Shown piece by piece: positions 39,389-49,697 of a stretch of 64,000 nt of DNA. Each line of letters opens with the position of its first letter. Position 1 is the stretch's first letter. A program made the position numbers and the translations under genes. Below the pieces are notes generated by a model that made no database searches, was not told the origin of the DNA, and saw only the letters and a list, made by a program, of their open reading frames with translations. The DNA lies in assembly GCA_963695545.1 (NCBI GenBank), contig OY968796.1, positions 3,168,001-3,232,000 on the forward strand, written 5' to 3'. Source of the DNA: Terriglobia bacterium. Lineage in GTDB: Bacteria; Acidobacteriota; Terriglobia; Acidiferrales; UBA7541.

Positions 39389-40497
39389 GGATTCTGGTTC
39401 GCGCGCCCAATTGGGTGGGAGACGCGGTGATGGCGATCCCAGCGCTCGATGCACTTCGCGCGCGGTGGCCTGACGCCGAGATTGCCGTGCTTGGCATCCC
39501 GCCGATCGCGGGCTTGTTGAGTGGCCAAAGTTTCGCCGATCGCACAATTGTTTTTGAGCGCGGCGCGAGACACCGCGGCCTCCGGGGTAACGAACGTCTG
39601 GCGGCGGAACTCGCGCAAGGAAAATTCGATCTGGCAGTCCTGCTGCCGAATTCATTCGATGCGGCTTGGACCGCGTGGCGCGCGCATATCCCTGAACGCG
39701 TGGGCTACGCGCGCGACGCTCGCGGCGTGCTGCTGACGAATGCTGTGGTCGCGCCGCGCGCGGGAGAGATTCCGGCGCACCATTCGTATTACTATCTGGA
39801 GTTAGTGCGCCGCGCGGGTTGGATCGAAAGATTGCCTGAGTCACTTGAAGCGACGCTGCGCGTTTCGGCGGAGGCTCGGGACGCGGCAGAAACGGCGCTG
39901 GTGCGCGCGGGAGCACGTCCTCGCGCGTCCGGCCCGGCGCGCAGCACGCCGGGCCAGCCGTTGCGCTGCGCCGTCGCGCCGGGCGCGGCTTTCGGCACGG
40001 CGAAGCGCTGGCTGCCTTCGCGCTACGCGGGATTGGCGCGGCGCCTGCATTCCGAATGGGACGCGGACGTGATTCTGTTCGGCACGTCCTCGGATCGAGA
40101 AGACGCGGACGCGATCGCGGCGAGCGCGGAAGCAAATATCATTAACATGGCGGGAAAGACTTCGGCGGCGGAGTTGCCGGCGTCTCTCGCGGCATGCGAT
40201 GTATTCATCGGCAACGATTCCGGAGCGTCGTACGTTGCGGCAGCGGTGGGACTGCCGGTGATCGCGATCTACGGGCCGATGCCGCCGGAAATCGCGTATC
40301 CGATTACGCCGCGGCTCCAGATTGTGCGGCATCCGGTTTCGTGCAGTCCGTGCCTGCTGCGAAATTGCCCGGTGGACCATCGCTGCATGACGCGCATCGA
40401 AGTGGACGACGTGCTAAGCGCGGCGCAGAAGTTGCTCGGACGTACAGTGCCCACTCGTTGGGCGGCGAGCGATGAAGGGAGCGCGGCTGGTGGCTGA
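39385..40497 (+). CDS. waaF: LPS heptosyltransferase II
   Basis: PNWVGDAVM, LPNSF, PGAAFGTAKRW, NDSG, CSPC...CPVDHRCM. Confidence 0.9.
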   Translation: MRILVRAPNWVGDAVMAIPALDALRARWPDAEIAVLGIPPIAGLLSGQSFADRTIVFERGARHRGLRGNERLAAELAQGKFDLAVLLPNSFDAAWTAWRAHIPERVGYARDARGVLLTNAVVAPRAGEIPAHHSYYYLELVRRAGWIERLPESLEATLRVSAEARDAAETALVRAGARPRASGPARSTPGQPLRCAVAPGAAFGTAKRWLPSRYAGLARRLHSEWDADVILFGTSSDREDADAIAASAEANIINMAGKTSAAELPASLAACDVFIGNDSGASYVAAAVGLPVIAIYGPMPPEIAYPITPRLQIVRHPVSCSPCLLRNCPVDHRCMTRIEVDDVLSAAQKLLGRTVPTRWAASDEGSAAGG

Positions 40498-41080
40498 AAC
40501 GACTCCGGGTTCTGGGCGGCCGGCGGTTTTTCTCGATCGCGATGGCACGATCTGCGAGGAAATGGGATATCTCAACCACATCTCACGACTACGCGTGTTT
40601 CCGTTCGCGGCGGAAGCGATCGCGCGACTGAATAGCGCGGGACTGCCGGTCGTGGTGGTGACAAACCAATCGGGCGTTGCGCGCGGAATTTTTCCGGAGG
40701 CGCTGGTGACGCAGGTCGAGATGCGCATGGAAACCGAACTTGCGGTCGGCGGCGCGCGCATCGACGCGTTTTACTATTGCCCGCACGTGAAAGACCAGAA
40801 ATGCGATTGCCGGAAGCCGCTGCCGGGAATGCTTGAGCGCGCCGCGCGCGAACACGGACTCGATCTCAAGCGCTCCGTCGTCGTGGGCGACCGTTACGCC
40901 GATGTGGCTATGGCACATGCGGTCGGAGCGTTGGGAATTCTCGTGAAGTCGGGATATGGAAGCGGCGATTTCGAGTACCACGGCGCGCAATGGCCGAGGC
41001 AACCCGATGCGGTGCTGGAAGATCTGGCGGAAGCGGCGCAGTGGATCTTGAGAGTGTTCGGGCCAAAGGCTGCGCGGTGA
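40490..41080 (+). CDS. gmhB: D-glycero-D-manno-heptose 1,7-bisphosphate phosphatase
   Basis: FLDRDGTI, TNQSG, CPH...CDCRKP, VGDR. Confidence 0.9.
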   Translation: MAETTPGSGRPAVFLDRDGTICEEMGYLNHISRLRVFPFAAEAIARLNSAGLPVVVVTNQSGVARGIFPEALVTQVEMRMETELAVGGARIDAFYYCPHVKDQKCDCRKPLPGMLERAAREHGLDLKRSVVVGDRYADVAMAHAVGALGILVKSGYGSGDFEYHGAQWPRQPDAVLEDLAEAAQWILRVFGPKAAR

Positions 41081-41454
41081 ACACGCGCGAAAAAATCGTG
41101 AGCGTCGCCGCACTCGCCGATCGAGTGGAGCAGTCCGCCACGCCCGATGCGAAAATCGTGTTGGCGTCGGGGCGCTTCGATCTGCTCAGCAGGGAACTGG
41201 TGGAACAGTTGCAAGCGGCGCGAGCGGGAAACGTCGTTGTGGTTGCCGCTGTCGAACCGGGCACTGAGCGCGATTGTCTGTTGCCCGCGGAAGGGCGCGC
41301 GCAGTTGGCCGCGGGGCTCGCGGCGGTCGATTTTGTGGTGATCGCCGAAACTCGTGAAGTACGTGCAGCGCTGCGGCAAGCGGAATCGCTCGAGGTGAAA
41401 TCCGATCTGGCGCCGCGCTTGATCGCGCGGTTTCGCGGGCCCGCGCGTGCCTGA
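41077..41454 (+). CDS. HldE/RfaE2 nucleotidyltransferase-like protein lacking the HxGH motif
   Basis: GTGA overlap with gmhB; KIVLASGRFDLLSRELVEQLQAAR...RAQLAAGLAAVDFVV resembles NGCFDLLHxGH...RAEVLAALxxVDYV. Confidence 0.65.
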   Translation: MNTREKIVSVAALADRVEQSATPDAKIVLASGRFDLLSRELVEQLQAARAGNVVVVAAVEPGTERDCLLPAEGRAQLAAGLAAVDFVVIAETREVRAALRQAESLEVKSDLAPRLIARFRGPARA

Positions 41455-42460
41455 CGCGATGCGCAAAATTCTGGTGGTGAGGTTGTCGTCGCTCGGGGAT
41501 ATCGTGCATTCGCTGCCGGGCGTGGCGGCGCTTCGCGACGCGGCTCCGCGCGCCGAAATCGATTGGCTCGTGGCGCGCACTTGGGCGCCGATTCTTGAAG
41601 GTTGCCCGGTTGCGGATCGGTTGATCGTGTTTGATCAATCGCCGGCGAGCGGCATCATCCGCGCCGTGCGTCAATTGCGCTCGGCGGGCTACGACACGGC
41701 GGTCGATTTTCAGGGTTTGTACAAATCGGCGGCGCTCACTTTATTTTCGGGCGCGGCTCGGCGCGTAGGCTTCGACCGGCTTTCAGCGCGCGAGCCCGGC
41801 GCGGCGATTTTCTACAACGACCGCGTGCATGCGGGTGGCCCGCACCGCGTGCAGAAAAATCTTTCTTTGCCGCAGCATCTTGGCGCGCCGACAGGTGCGG
41901 AGCCGAATTTTCCGTTTCGCGTGGCGGACGCGGCGAGGCAATCGGTCCGAGAGCGCCTTGGCGCGCACGGCATTGCGAACTATTGGGTCGCGCTGCCTGG
42001 AGGAGGTTGGGTGGGAAAATTGTGGCCGGCGGAACGATACGGCGAACTGTGCCGCGAAGTGGAGCGGCGGCTCGGATTGCGCGCGCTGCTGATCGGCGGA
42101 CCGGGCGAAGAGAAACTTGCGGAGGCCGCGATTTCCACCGCCTCACCCGCCACGCCGATTCGCTTTCCGACGACGCTCAGTGAGTTGATGGCGGTACTCG
42201 CGCAAGCGCGTTTTGTCGTCGGCGGAGACACGGGCCCTTTGCATCTTGCCGCGGCGCTCGGCGTGCCCGTCGTCGGCCTCTACGGGCCCACCGATCCGGC
42301 GCAAACCGGGCCGTATACAAAAACGGCGGTGGTTGTGCGTAATGCGCGGCCTGAGGAAACCAGTTATCGCTTCAGCGCATCTCCTTCGCGAGCCATGCTT
42401 TCAATTTCCGTGGAGCAAGCGATCGCCGCCGTCGAGCAGCTTCAGGTCCTCGCGGCGTGA
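41447..42460 (+). CDS. waaC: LPS heptosyltransferase I
   Basis: VRLSSLGDIVH, DFQGLYKSA, KLWP, GDTGPLHLAAA, GPTDP. Confidence 0.88.
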   Translation: MPDAMRKILVVRLSSLGDIVHSLPGVAALRDAAPRAEIDWLVARTWAPILEGCPVADRLIVFDQSPASGIIRAVRQLRSAGYDTAVDFQGLYKSAALTLFSGAARRVGFDRLSAREPGAAIFYNDRVHAGGPHRVQKNLSLPQHLGAPTGAEPNFPFRVADAARQSVRERLGAHGIANYWVALPGGGWVGKLWPAERYGELCREVERRLGLRALLIGGPGEEKLAEAAISTASPATPIRFPTTLSELMAVLAQARFVVGGDTGPLHLAAALGVPVVGLYGPTDPAQTGPYTKTAVVVRNARPEETSYRFSASPSRAMLSISVEQAIAAVEQLQVLAA

Positions 42461-43005
42461 CGGACGCAGCGGATCGTTGGGTTCGATGGCGCGTGCCGGT
42501 CGGGTATCCGGTCGCGGCGGTTTGCTTTTATCTGGCGCGCCCGAGCGTGCGTTCACTGATCGTGGGCGGAGCCGTGGCGCTGTTCGGGCTCGCGGTGCGC
42601 GCGCTCGCGGCGGGCTACTTGCGCAAGAACGACGTACTCGCAACGTCCGGTCCTTACGCGCGCACGCGGAATCCGCTTTATTTCGGCAGCGTTTTTCTGG
42701 CGATCGGATTTTCGATTGCCAGCCGTTCGTGGATCGTGGCAATTCTGCTGGGCGTCTATTTCTCACTTTTCTATACGATGACCATGCGACGCGAAGGACG
42801 TTCGCTCGCGGCGCTGCACGGCGCGGCATTCGCGGACTACGCTGCGCGCGTTCCACTTTTTTTGCCGAGTCTGCGCTCGGTTTCCATCGGACAGCGAGTG
42901 GCGTTTTCGTGGAGCCAGTATCTCCGCAACAGAGAATATCGCGCGGCTATGGGAACGGCCGGCGCGATGGTGCTGCTGTGGCTGCTAATGCGCTGGCGCG
43001 GCTGA
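42457..43005 (+). CDS. ICMT/PEMT-family integral membrane methyltransferase
   Basis: GPYARTRNPLYFGS, RREG..L, YAARVPLFLP; GTGA overlap with waaC. Confidence 0.85.
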   Translation: MTDAADRWVRWRVPVGYPVAAVCFYLARPSVRSLIVGGAVALFGLAVRALAAGYLRKNDVLATSGPYARTRNPLYFGSVFLAIGFSIASRSWIVAILLGVYFSLFYTMTMRREGRSLAALHGAAFADYAARVPLFLPSLRSVSIGQRVAFSWSQYLRNREYRAAMGTAGAMVLLWLLMRWRG

Positions 43006-45652
43006 GCGCATGACCGTACATCCCGGCCGCGGCTGATGAGTTTTGCTGCGGCGGGTGAAGGTACGTGCTGACTTCGATTTGATTGCCGTCGCCCAACGAT
43101 GTGATCGCGCCGTCCCGATCCGTCCGGTAGACGACGGCTCCCGCCGCTTCAAGGCGATCCACCACCTCCGCCGCCGGATGACCGTAAGAATTATCAAAGC
43201 CGACTGAAATCGCCGCGAAGCGGGGATGCGCCGCGGCCACGAACCCATCGGTGGTGGACGTTTTGCTGCCGTGATGCGCAACCTTCAGGAAATCGCACGC
43301 GAGCGGATCTCCATCGTCGACCAAACTGCGCTCGATCGGCCGCTCGATGTCTCCGGTCAGCATCCAGGCGAGATGCCCGTCGACGATGCGCATGACCAGC
43401 GAATCGTCATTGCCGGCCGCGTCGACCGTGTCGGGTTTTTCAGGCCACAGCACCTGGCCGGACGCGCCGCCCCAATCAAACGTTGCGCCGCGCGATTGGT
43501 GAACGATGGGGATGCCGCGCGCACGGGCCAGATCGAGCAGCGCGCGGAAATCCGCGGCGCGAACGTCGCGGCCGATCCAGAGTTGGCCCACCTTGAAGTT
43601 TTTGAGCACCGCGGTGAGGCCGCCGAGATGATCTTCGTGGCCGTGCGTCAACGCGACCACGTCAAGCCGCTTGATCCCGCGCGACCACAAATACGGCGAG
43701 ACAACTTCTTCGCCAACGTCGATGCCTGCGCGCACTCCGCCGACGTGGAAGCTGCCCACCAATCCGCCGCCGTCAATCAGCATGGTGTGGCCGTCGGGAA
43801 ATGCCGCGAAAAGGGAATCGCCTTGGCCGATGTCGAGCACGGTCAGCTCGAAATCGCCGCGCTTCAAGTTCGGCGCGAAGGGATACACCGCGATCACGAT
43901 CGCCAGCGCGAGAGCCGCGACGAATGTGGACCATTGCAGGGTGCGGCGATTCGCGCGGATCGCCCACGCCAGCGCAAACGCCGCGACGAAAAAGGCAACC
44001 ATCACGGCTATTGGCGGTCCGGGGATGCGATACGAGCCGCGCGGCCATCGCGCGAACCAATCCACCGTCGCGTCAAGCGCGCCGAGCAAGAGACTGAGCG
44101 CGCGACCGAGGACATGCCCGAGGGCCGGCCACGCAAGCTCTGCGCTCAAGGCGATAAAACCAAGCGGCACGATGGCTGCCGTCAGAAGAACCGCGGGAAT
44201 GTTGGCGAACGGGGCTGTGAGCGCCACGCGATGAAAATAATGCGCCAGCAATGGCGACATGCCGAGCTGAAGAGCCAACGTCAACACGACGAATTCCCAT
44301 AACCGAAACGCCACGCGCAATGGCAGCGCAACGCCGCGGTCCGCCAAACGCGCGACGCGCGGCGTGCGCGCCGCGAGCCATCGCGACGCCGCGCGCACAT
44401 CCAAACGAAATTGCGCGGCGCGCGGAGCGTGGGCGCCGTCGCGCGTCACATCGCCCAAGTGGTCGAGCGCGCGGCGATACGGTTCACTCGACGCATCGAT
44501 CCACGGAAGCGCCAGCGCCGCGATGCTGCCCGCGGCAAGGAACGAGAGTAAGAAACTTGCGTCGGTGAGTTCCGAAGGACGAGCCATCAGAATCGCAAGC
44601 GCTGCGAGCGCTACAACGTGAATCAGAGGCACGCGTCGAAACCACACGCGGCTCGCAAGATACGCCGCGGCCATCAATGTGGCGCGCAGGATCGGCGGCC
44701 GGTCTTCCACGACCGCGGCGAACGCGCACAGACCGGCGAGCGTGAACAGCGCGGTCCACACCATGGAAAAGCGAAGCCGGCGCGCGATCCAGAAGAGCAG
44801 CGCCGCGAGCGCGGCGACGTGAAGCCCGGCGAGAACAAGCACGTGATACACGCCGGACTTCTGATACGCTTCGGCGCGATCGTGTTCGATGAAACTTCGG
44901 TCGCCGAGCAGCATGGCGCGCGCCACGGCGACCCGATCTGGCTGCCCCGGCAGCATCTCATCGAGCGCCTGAAGTAATCGGCCGCGCGTCCGCGCCAGAC
45001 GATCGGATATTCGCAGACGCGGCGTCGCGACGACGGTGAGCAATTCGCCGCTGCGCAATGAGCCTTCGAGATTTATGTTTTGCCGCTCGAGATAGCCGCG
45101 ATAATCGAACCCGCCGGGGTCGCCGAAATTCCGCGCGGGCCGCGCGCGCACCAGCGCCTCGATGCGATCTCCGGCTCGCGCCCCGGGCGGATCGGGCGCG
45201 CCGGGCTCCCAGTAATAGTTCACGCGAAGCCCGCCCTGCACGGGAATTTCGACGCCGCCCACCTCGACCTCTTCGAGCCCAATTTCGTATCGCAATCCCC
45301 ACGGCAGTCGAACCGGATCCTGTCGCAAGCGTCCGGTCCAGCGCAGCGGCTGTTTAGGATCGAGCTGCCCGGCGTCCACCAGATGACTCGCGAGGTTTGC
45401 GCGCACTGCGGCACGTTCGAGTGTCGCCGCAGCGCCGCCGAGCGCCAGCCACGCTGCTACGGCGCCCACCCACGCGAGCCACACGCGCCCGCGGCGGGTT
45501 GCCAGCGCCGCGGCCGCCACGCCGAGGCATGCGAATGCAAGCAGAAACCAAATGCGTGCCGCGATCTGTGCAGGGAAATGTGTGAGAACTACGCCGGCCA
45601 ACAAAATGCCGCCGGCGAACGCCGCGACGATCGGGAGGGAAGGTAGCTTCAT
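42947..45652 (-). CDS. comEC: ComEC/Rec2 DNA uptake protein
   Basis: TM segments, OB region, HVLVLAGLH, LRA, metallo-beta-lactamase DIGQGDS, THGHEDH, KVAHHGS. Confidence 0.92.
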   Translation of the reverse strand: MKLPSLPIVAAFAGGILLAGVVLTHFPAQIAARIWFLLAFACLGVAAAALATRRGRVWLAWVGAVAAWLALGGAAATLERAAVRANLASHLVDAGQLDPKQPLRWTGRLRQDPVRLPWGLRYEIGLEEVEVGGVEIPVQGGLRVNYYWEPGAPDPPGARAGDRIEALVRARPARNFGDPGGFDYRGYLERQNINLEGSLRSGELLTVVATPRLRISDRLARTRGRLLQALDEMLPGQPDRVAVARAMLLGDRSFIEHDRAEAYQKSGVYHVLVLAGLHVAALAALLFWIARRLRFSMVWTALFTLAGLCAFAAVVEDRPPILRATLMAAAYLASRVWFRRVPLIHVVALAALAILMARPSELTDASFLLSFLAAGSIAALALPWIDASSEPYRRALDHLGDVTRDGAHAPRAAQFRLDVRAASRWLAARTPRVARLADRGVALPLRVAFRLWEFVVLTLALQLGMSPLLAHYFHRVALTAPFANIPAVLLTAAIVPLGFIALSAELAWPALGHVLGRALSLLLGALDATVDWFARWPRGSYRIPGPPIAVMVAFFVAAFALAWAIRANRRTLQWSTFVAALALAIVIAVYPFAPNLKRGDFELTVLDIGQGDSLFAAFPDGHTMLIDGGGLVGSFHVGGVRAGIDVGEEVVSPYLWSRGIKRLDVVALTHGHEDHLGGLTAVLKNFKVGQLWIGRDVRAADFRALLDLARARGIPIVHQSRGATFDWGGASGQVLWPEKPDTVDAAGNDDSLVMRIVDGHLAWMLTGDIERPIERSLVDDGDPLACDFLKVAHHGSKTSTTDGFVAAAHPRFAAISVGFDNSYGHPAAEVVDRLEAAGAVVYRTDRDGAITSLGDGNQIEVSTYLHPPQQNSSAAAGMYGHALSRASALAATAAPSRRPFP

Positions 45653-46974
45653 GCGCGCCGTTCAAGACGCACGAGAGCCTCCATATGATACGTTTGTGGG
45701 AAAATGTCAATTAAATTAACGTCACGAATCTCGTACTGCGCCGCGGTTTCGTCCGGCGCCGCGAGCACAGCAAGATCGCGCGCGAGCGTCGGAGGGTCGC
45801 ACGAGAGATAGAGAATCTCGCGCGGCGCCAGCTTGCGCAAATGATGCAGCGCCGATTCCGCGACGCCCGCGCGCGGCGGGTCGAGCACCACAAAGTCGGG
45901 CTCTTCGTGCCAGCGCTCGAGAAATGCTTCCGCAGTAGACAAACGCGAGGTTGGGGACGCACCGCCGCTTTCGTGCAGGTTGAATTCAAGATCACGGGCC
46001 GCCGCCGGATTCGATTCCACAGCGACGACGCGCTCGAACTGCCGTGCCAGCGGGCGACTGAAGAGGCCAACGCCCGCGTAGAGATCGAGCGCCAGTTTTC
46101 CGCGCCGCTCCCCGCACACCAGCGACACCACGGCGTCCAGCGCAAACCGGTTCACTTGGAAAAAGGAAAGATGCCCCACGCGATACGTATGATCGCCGAC
46201 CGTGTACGACAGATCCCCCGGTCCATCGAGCGACATCTTGCCTTCCTTGGGTTCGACGAACAGCAGCGATTCAATCTCCGGCAGCGCCGCGCGCAACGTC
46301 TGCTCGAGGCCGCCGGCCTGCGGCAATCGCTCCACCGAACAATTTAGAAGCAGCTTGCGATCGTCACCATCAACGAACGCTTCGATTTCGTCGACGCTTT
46401 TTAACGCATCTCCCGCAGCGAGCAGTTCGCCGATCCGCAGCAGTGTGCGCTCGAGCAGTGGCGACAGAATCGGGCACGCCCCGACGGGGCAGAGCGTCTG
46501 GCTACCCGCCTCGAAATATCCGATGCTCAGGCGCCCATCGACGCGCCGGATTTTCCACTGCGCGCGATTGCGATAATAAAATTGCGGAAACGAGCGCGTT
46601 TCGATCGGGCCTTCCCAGCGAATGTGCCCAATGCGCCCGAGGGTCTCGCGCAGAATCTCGGACTTGGCGCGGAGCTGCGCGGAATATTCGAGATGCTGAT
46701 AGTTGCATCCGCCGCACACGCCGAAATGCGGGCACGGCGCGGTAATTCTTTCTGGAGACGGCTCCAGGATTTGCTCGACGCGGGCGCGAATGAATTTCTT
46801 TTTCTGCTCAATGGGTCGAACGCGGGCCAGCTCTCCCGGCAGAAGAAACGGCACGAACACCGCGCGATTGTCGTAGTGCGCGAGCGCATCCGGTCCATAG
46901 ACGAGCTTTTCGGCTCGCACTTCGATCGGTGCGGCGGGTTCAGCCGCCACAGCCTTGTGACGCGTGTTTTTCAT
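45649..46974 (-). CDS. rlmD: 23S rRNA m5U methyltransferase RlmD/TrmA family
   Basis: TRAM domain, CPHFGVCGGC, SFFQVN, DLYAGVG, DPPRAG, SCDPPTLARD, FPQTYHME. Confidence 0.88.
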   Translation of the reverse strand: MKNTRHKAVAAEPAAPIEVRAEKLVYGPDALAHYDNRAVFVPFLLPGELARVRPIEQKKKFIRARVEQILEPSPERITAPCPHFGVCGGCNYQHLEYSAQLRAKSEILRETLGRIGHIRWEGPIETRSFPQFYYRNRAQWKIRRVDGRLSIGYFEAGSQTLCPVGACPILSPLLERTLLRIGELLAAGDALKSVDEIEAFVDGDDRKLLLNCSVERLPQAGGLEQTLRAALPEIESLLFVEPKEGKMSLDGPGDLSYTVGDHTYRVGHLSFFQVNRFALDAVVSLVCGERRGKLALDLYAGVGLFSRPLARQFERVVAVESNPAAARDLEFNLHESGGASPTSRLSTAEAFLERWHEEPDFVVLDPPRAGVAESALHHLRKLAPREILYLSCDPPTLARDLAVLAAPDETAAQYEIRDVNLIDIFPQTYHMEALVRLERRA

Positions 46975-47067
46975 TTTCACTTTCAATCGCGGATGAAGAT
47001 CTTCGTTACGGTCGTTTTGCTGTGGACAAGCGTATCACGGCACCGGTGCGCCGGCTCGCTCGCTCAC

Positions 47068-47790
47068 CTAACTCAAATAATAAAGACTCAGCCGCGGCAA
47101 CCGATAATGTTCCCAGAGCCGCTTGTCGATATATTTCTGCTCGAGTTGTCCGAGCTGTGCCGCTGTCATTTTGCCGCGATACGGCGCAAGTTGCCGATCG
47201 AGATCGCGCCGAATGCCGACCAGCGTCTCATCCGGCGCACAGGCGCGCATCGCCGCGGTAAGCTTTTCTTCGATCACGGTCAGTTGCCGCTCGAGATCCT
47301 CAAGGTCGATCGTGCCCGGCGCATCGAGCAGCGGCGCAAGCGCCGCCAATCGCGCGCTCGCGTCGGCCAGTCGCGCCGCAAGGTCGGGCGCAGCGACCCG
47401 CGATCCATTCGCAGCCTGGGAGAGCCGCTCGCGATTGCGCGCGAAATAGGCGCTCAGTTCAGACGGCGAAAACGATTCGGTGTGCGCCGCGCGCGGCAGT
47501 TCGGGCCCTTTGCCCGCCGCGGCTTCCTTCTCCTGCTCCGCCGCTTCGAGCACCGCGTCCACGCAATACGCCAAACTTTTCAGCGGTTTCCCGGCGCCGC
47601 GCCGCGAGCGTCCGTAGCTCTCAAACGCGCGATCGATTCCTTTGAGCACCGCCGTCAGCGGAATCCCGGCCTGCTGCCAGGTTTCGAGAATGGCCCAATC
47701 GAGCGGTGAGACCAGCAAGTGCGCGCCGCGCTTGCGCCAGAAATGCTCCTCGATTTCGGTGTAGTAGTTGAAATAATTGAATGCGGCCAT
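47068..47790 (-). CDS. Conserved hypothetical protein with DnaD-like N-terminal domain
   Basis: 240 aa; VSPLDWAILETWQQAGIPLTAVLKGID...KSLAYCVDAVLE; helical C-terminus. Confidence 0.75.
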   Translation of the reverse strand: MAAFNYFNYYTEIEEHFWRKRGAHLLVSPLDWAILETWQQAGIPLTAVLKGIDRAFESYGRSRRGAGKPLKSLAYCVDAVLEAAEQEKEAAAGKGPELPRAAHTESFSPSELSAYFARNRERLSQAANGSRVAAPDLAARLADASARLAALAPLLDAPGTIDLEDLERQLTVIEEKLTAAMRACAPDETLVGIRRDLDRQLAPYRGKMTAAQLGQLEQKYIDKRLWEHYRLPRLSLYYLS

Positions 47791-47815
47791 TCGATCCTGC
47801 GCGCTCGGCACGCGA

Positions 47816-48643
47816 TTAGCGCGCGGGCCGAGAAGGCCGGGACGTAGCCGCATCCGGCGCGGCAGGGCCTCGCGCGCGTTCGCGATTGCGATCCCAAAGA
47901 ATGCGCAGGCCTTCGAGCGTCAGGAATTCGTCGGTCGTTTGAATGTACCGCGAGGCCGGAGCAATGAGCGGCGCGTGTCCTCCGGTCGCGACTACCCGCG
48001 TATCCGCGCCCAGCACGTTCTTCATTCGGCCCAGAATGCCGTCCACGAGATCGGTGAAGCCATAGAACAGGCCGGCCTGCATGGCATTCGCGGTATTCGT
48101 GCCGATGATCGAGCCGGGATCCTTAATTTCCACGCGCCACAACCGCGCCGCGCGCGAAAAAAGCGCTTCGGCCGAAATGCCGATCCCCGGAGCAAGCGCG
48201 CCGCCCAAATACTCTCCTTCGGCGGAGATCACGTCGAAATTAATTGCCGTGCCGAAATCCACCACGATGCATGGCGCGCCGTATTTCGCCAGCGCCGCAA
48301 CGCTATTCACCAGGCGATCCGCGCCGATTTCCAGCGGATTGTCGTATTTGATCGCCATCCCGAAGTCCAAGCCGGGTTCAACGAACAGCGCGTGCAATCC
48401 AAAGTAACGCTGCGCCATTTCGGCGAGCGTGGAATTCAGCGGCGGCACCACAGAGCTAATAATCGCGCCTGTAATTTCGCTGGGATCGAGGCCGGCCAGG
48501 GTGAAAAGTTCGCGCGTCAAAATGCCGTACTCGTCGACCGTTTGATCGCGTGCAGTCGTCAGCCGCCAGTGCGCCAGAAGCGTGGTGTCGCGAAAAACGC
48601 CCAGCACCGTATTGGTGTTGCCCACGTCAAGAGCCAGCAGCAT
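47816..48643 (-). CDS. coaX: Type III pantothenate kinase
   Basis: LDVGNTN, SSVVP, GADR, VDFGTA, GGALAPG. Confidence 0.95.
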   Translation of the reverse strand: MLLALDVGNTNTVLGVFRDTTLLAHWRLTTARDQTVDEYGILTRELFTLAGLDPSEITGAIISSVVPPLNSTLAEMAQRYFGLHALFVEPGLDFGMAIKYDNPLEIGADRLVNSVAALAKYGAPCIVVDFGTAINFDVISAEGEYLGGALAPGIGISAEALFSRAARLWRVEIKDPGSIIGTNTANAMQAGLFYGFTDLVDGILGRMKNVLGADTRVVATGGHAPLIAPASRYIQTTDEFLTLEGLRILWDRNRERARGPAAPDAATSRPSRPAR

Positions 48644-49647
48644 CAGTTCGCCTCAGTAAGATCGCCGGAGACTACGGTCACAGTCGAACCGTCGTCGCGC
48701 GTCACACGCAGAAAACCGCTTGGTTCAAGCCCGGCCGTTGTGCCCTCGTAGGTTTCGCCAGCCGTCGCGATGCGCACGCGCTTTCCGCTCGCATAGCTTG
48801 AAACCGCCGCGAAACGCTCCAGAATCGGCCGCGGTCCTTCCGCCAGAAACCGATTGTAGTGGTTCTCAAGGCTGCGCAGCAACCGTGCCACAAGTTCGAT
48901 GCGCGATTGCACACGTCCCGTCTCAATTCGCAAAGACGTTGCGATCGGCGCGAGTGAATCCGGCAGCTTCGCGTGGTTCACGTCGATCCCCATGCCGACT
49001 ACCACAAAATGAATGCGATCGGGCTCGGCGTGCATCTCCGTTAAAACGCCGCAGAATTTCTTGCGGCCGATCAGCAGGTCGTTGGGCCAGCGCAAATCGG
49101 GCGCAAGACCGGTGGTTTCGGCCACGGCATCGCGCACGGCGAGGCCCGCGACCAGCGTGATCAGTTGCGCCTGCTGCGGCGGAATCGGCGGGCGCAGCAG
49201 CACGGTCATGTAAATGCCGCTGGTTTTTTCTGAATGCCAAACGCGCCGCGAACGCCCGCGCCCTGCCGTTTGTTCCTCGGCCACGACTACGGCGCCGTGT
49301 GGCTCGCCTTCCTCGCCCAGCCGCATCGCAATGTTATTGGTGGAATCGATTTTGAAGAAGTGATAGATGCGCTTGCCGAAAACCGATCCTCGCAGTTGCC
49401 GGCGCAACAAATCCGGCGCGAGCACATCCGGCACCTTCTCGATCGTATAACCGCTTCGCGGATGCCCGTTCACCTTCACGCCCAGTGAGCGCAGCGTCTC
49501 GATCCATCGCCACACCGTCGAGCGGCTCACTCCGATCTGCCGCGCGATTTTTGCGCCACTGATCACGATCATCGGGTTGTCGGCAAGCAGCGCGAGCAGC
49601 GAATCGACTTTTCGGTCCGTTGTGCCGGGAAGGGAACGAAGGGCCAT
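48643..49647 (-). CDS. birA: Biotin--protein ligase / repressor
   Basis: N-terminal [40 protein letters not shown]. Confidence 0.93.
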   Translation of the reverse strand: MALRSLPGTTDRKVDSLLALLADNPMIVISGAKIARQIGVSRSTVWRWIETLRSLGVKVNGHPRSGYTIEKVPDVLAPDLLRRQLRGSVFGKRIYHFFKIDSTNNIAMRLGEEGEPHGAVVVAEEQTAGRGRSRRVWHSEKTSGIYMTVLLRPPIPPQQAQLITLVAGLAVRDAVAETTGLAPDLRWPNDLLIGRKKFCGVLTEMHAEPDRIHFVVVGMGIDVNHAKLPDSLAPIATSLRIETGRVQSRIELVARLLRSLENHYNRFLAEGPRPILERFAAVSSYASGKRVRIATAGETYEGTTAGLEPSGFLRVTRDDGSTVTVVSGDLTEAN

Positions 49648-49697
49648 AATCTCCAGTCCGCCTCACAATACGAAACGCTGCGGGCGGCGCGCCGGCG

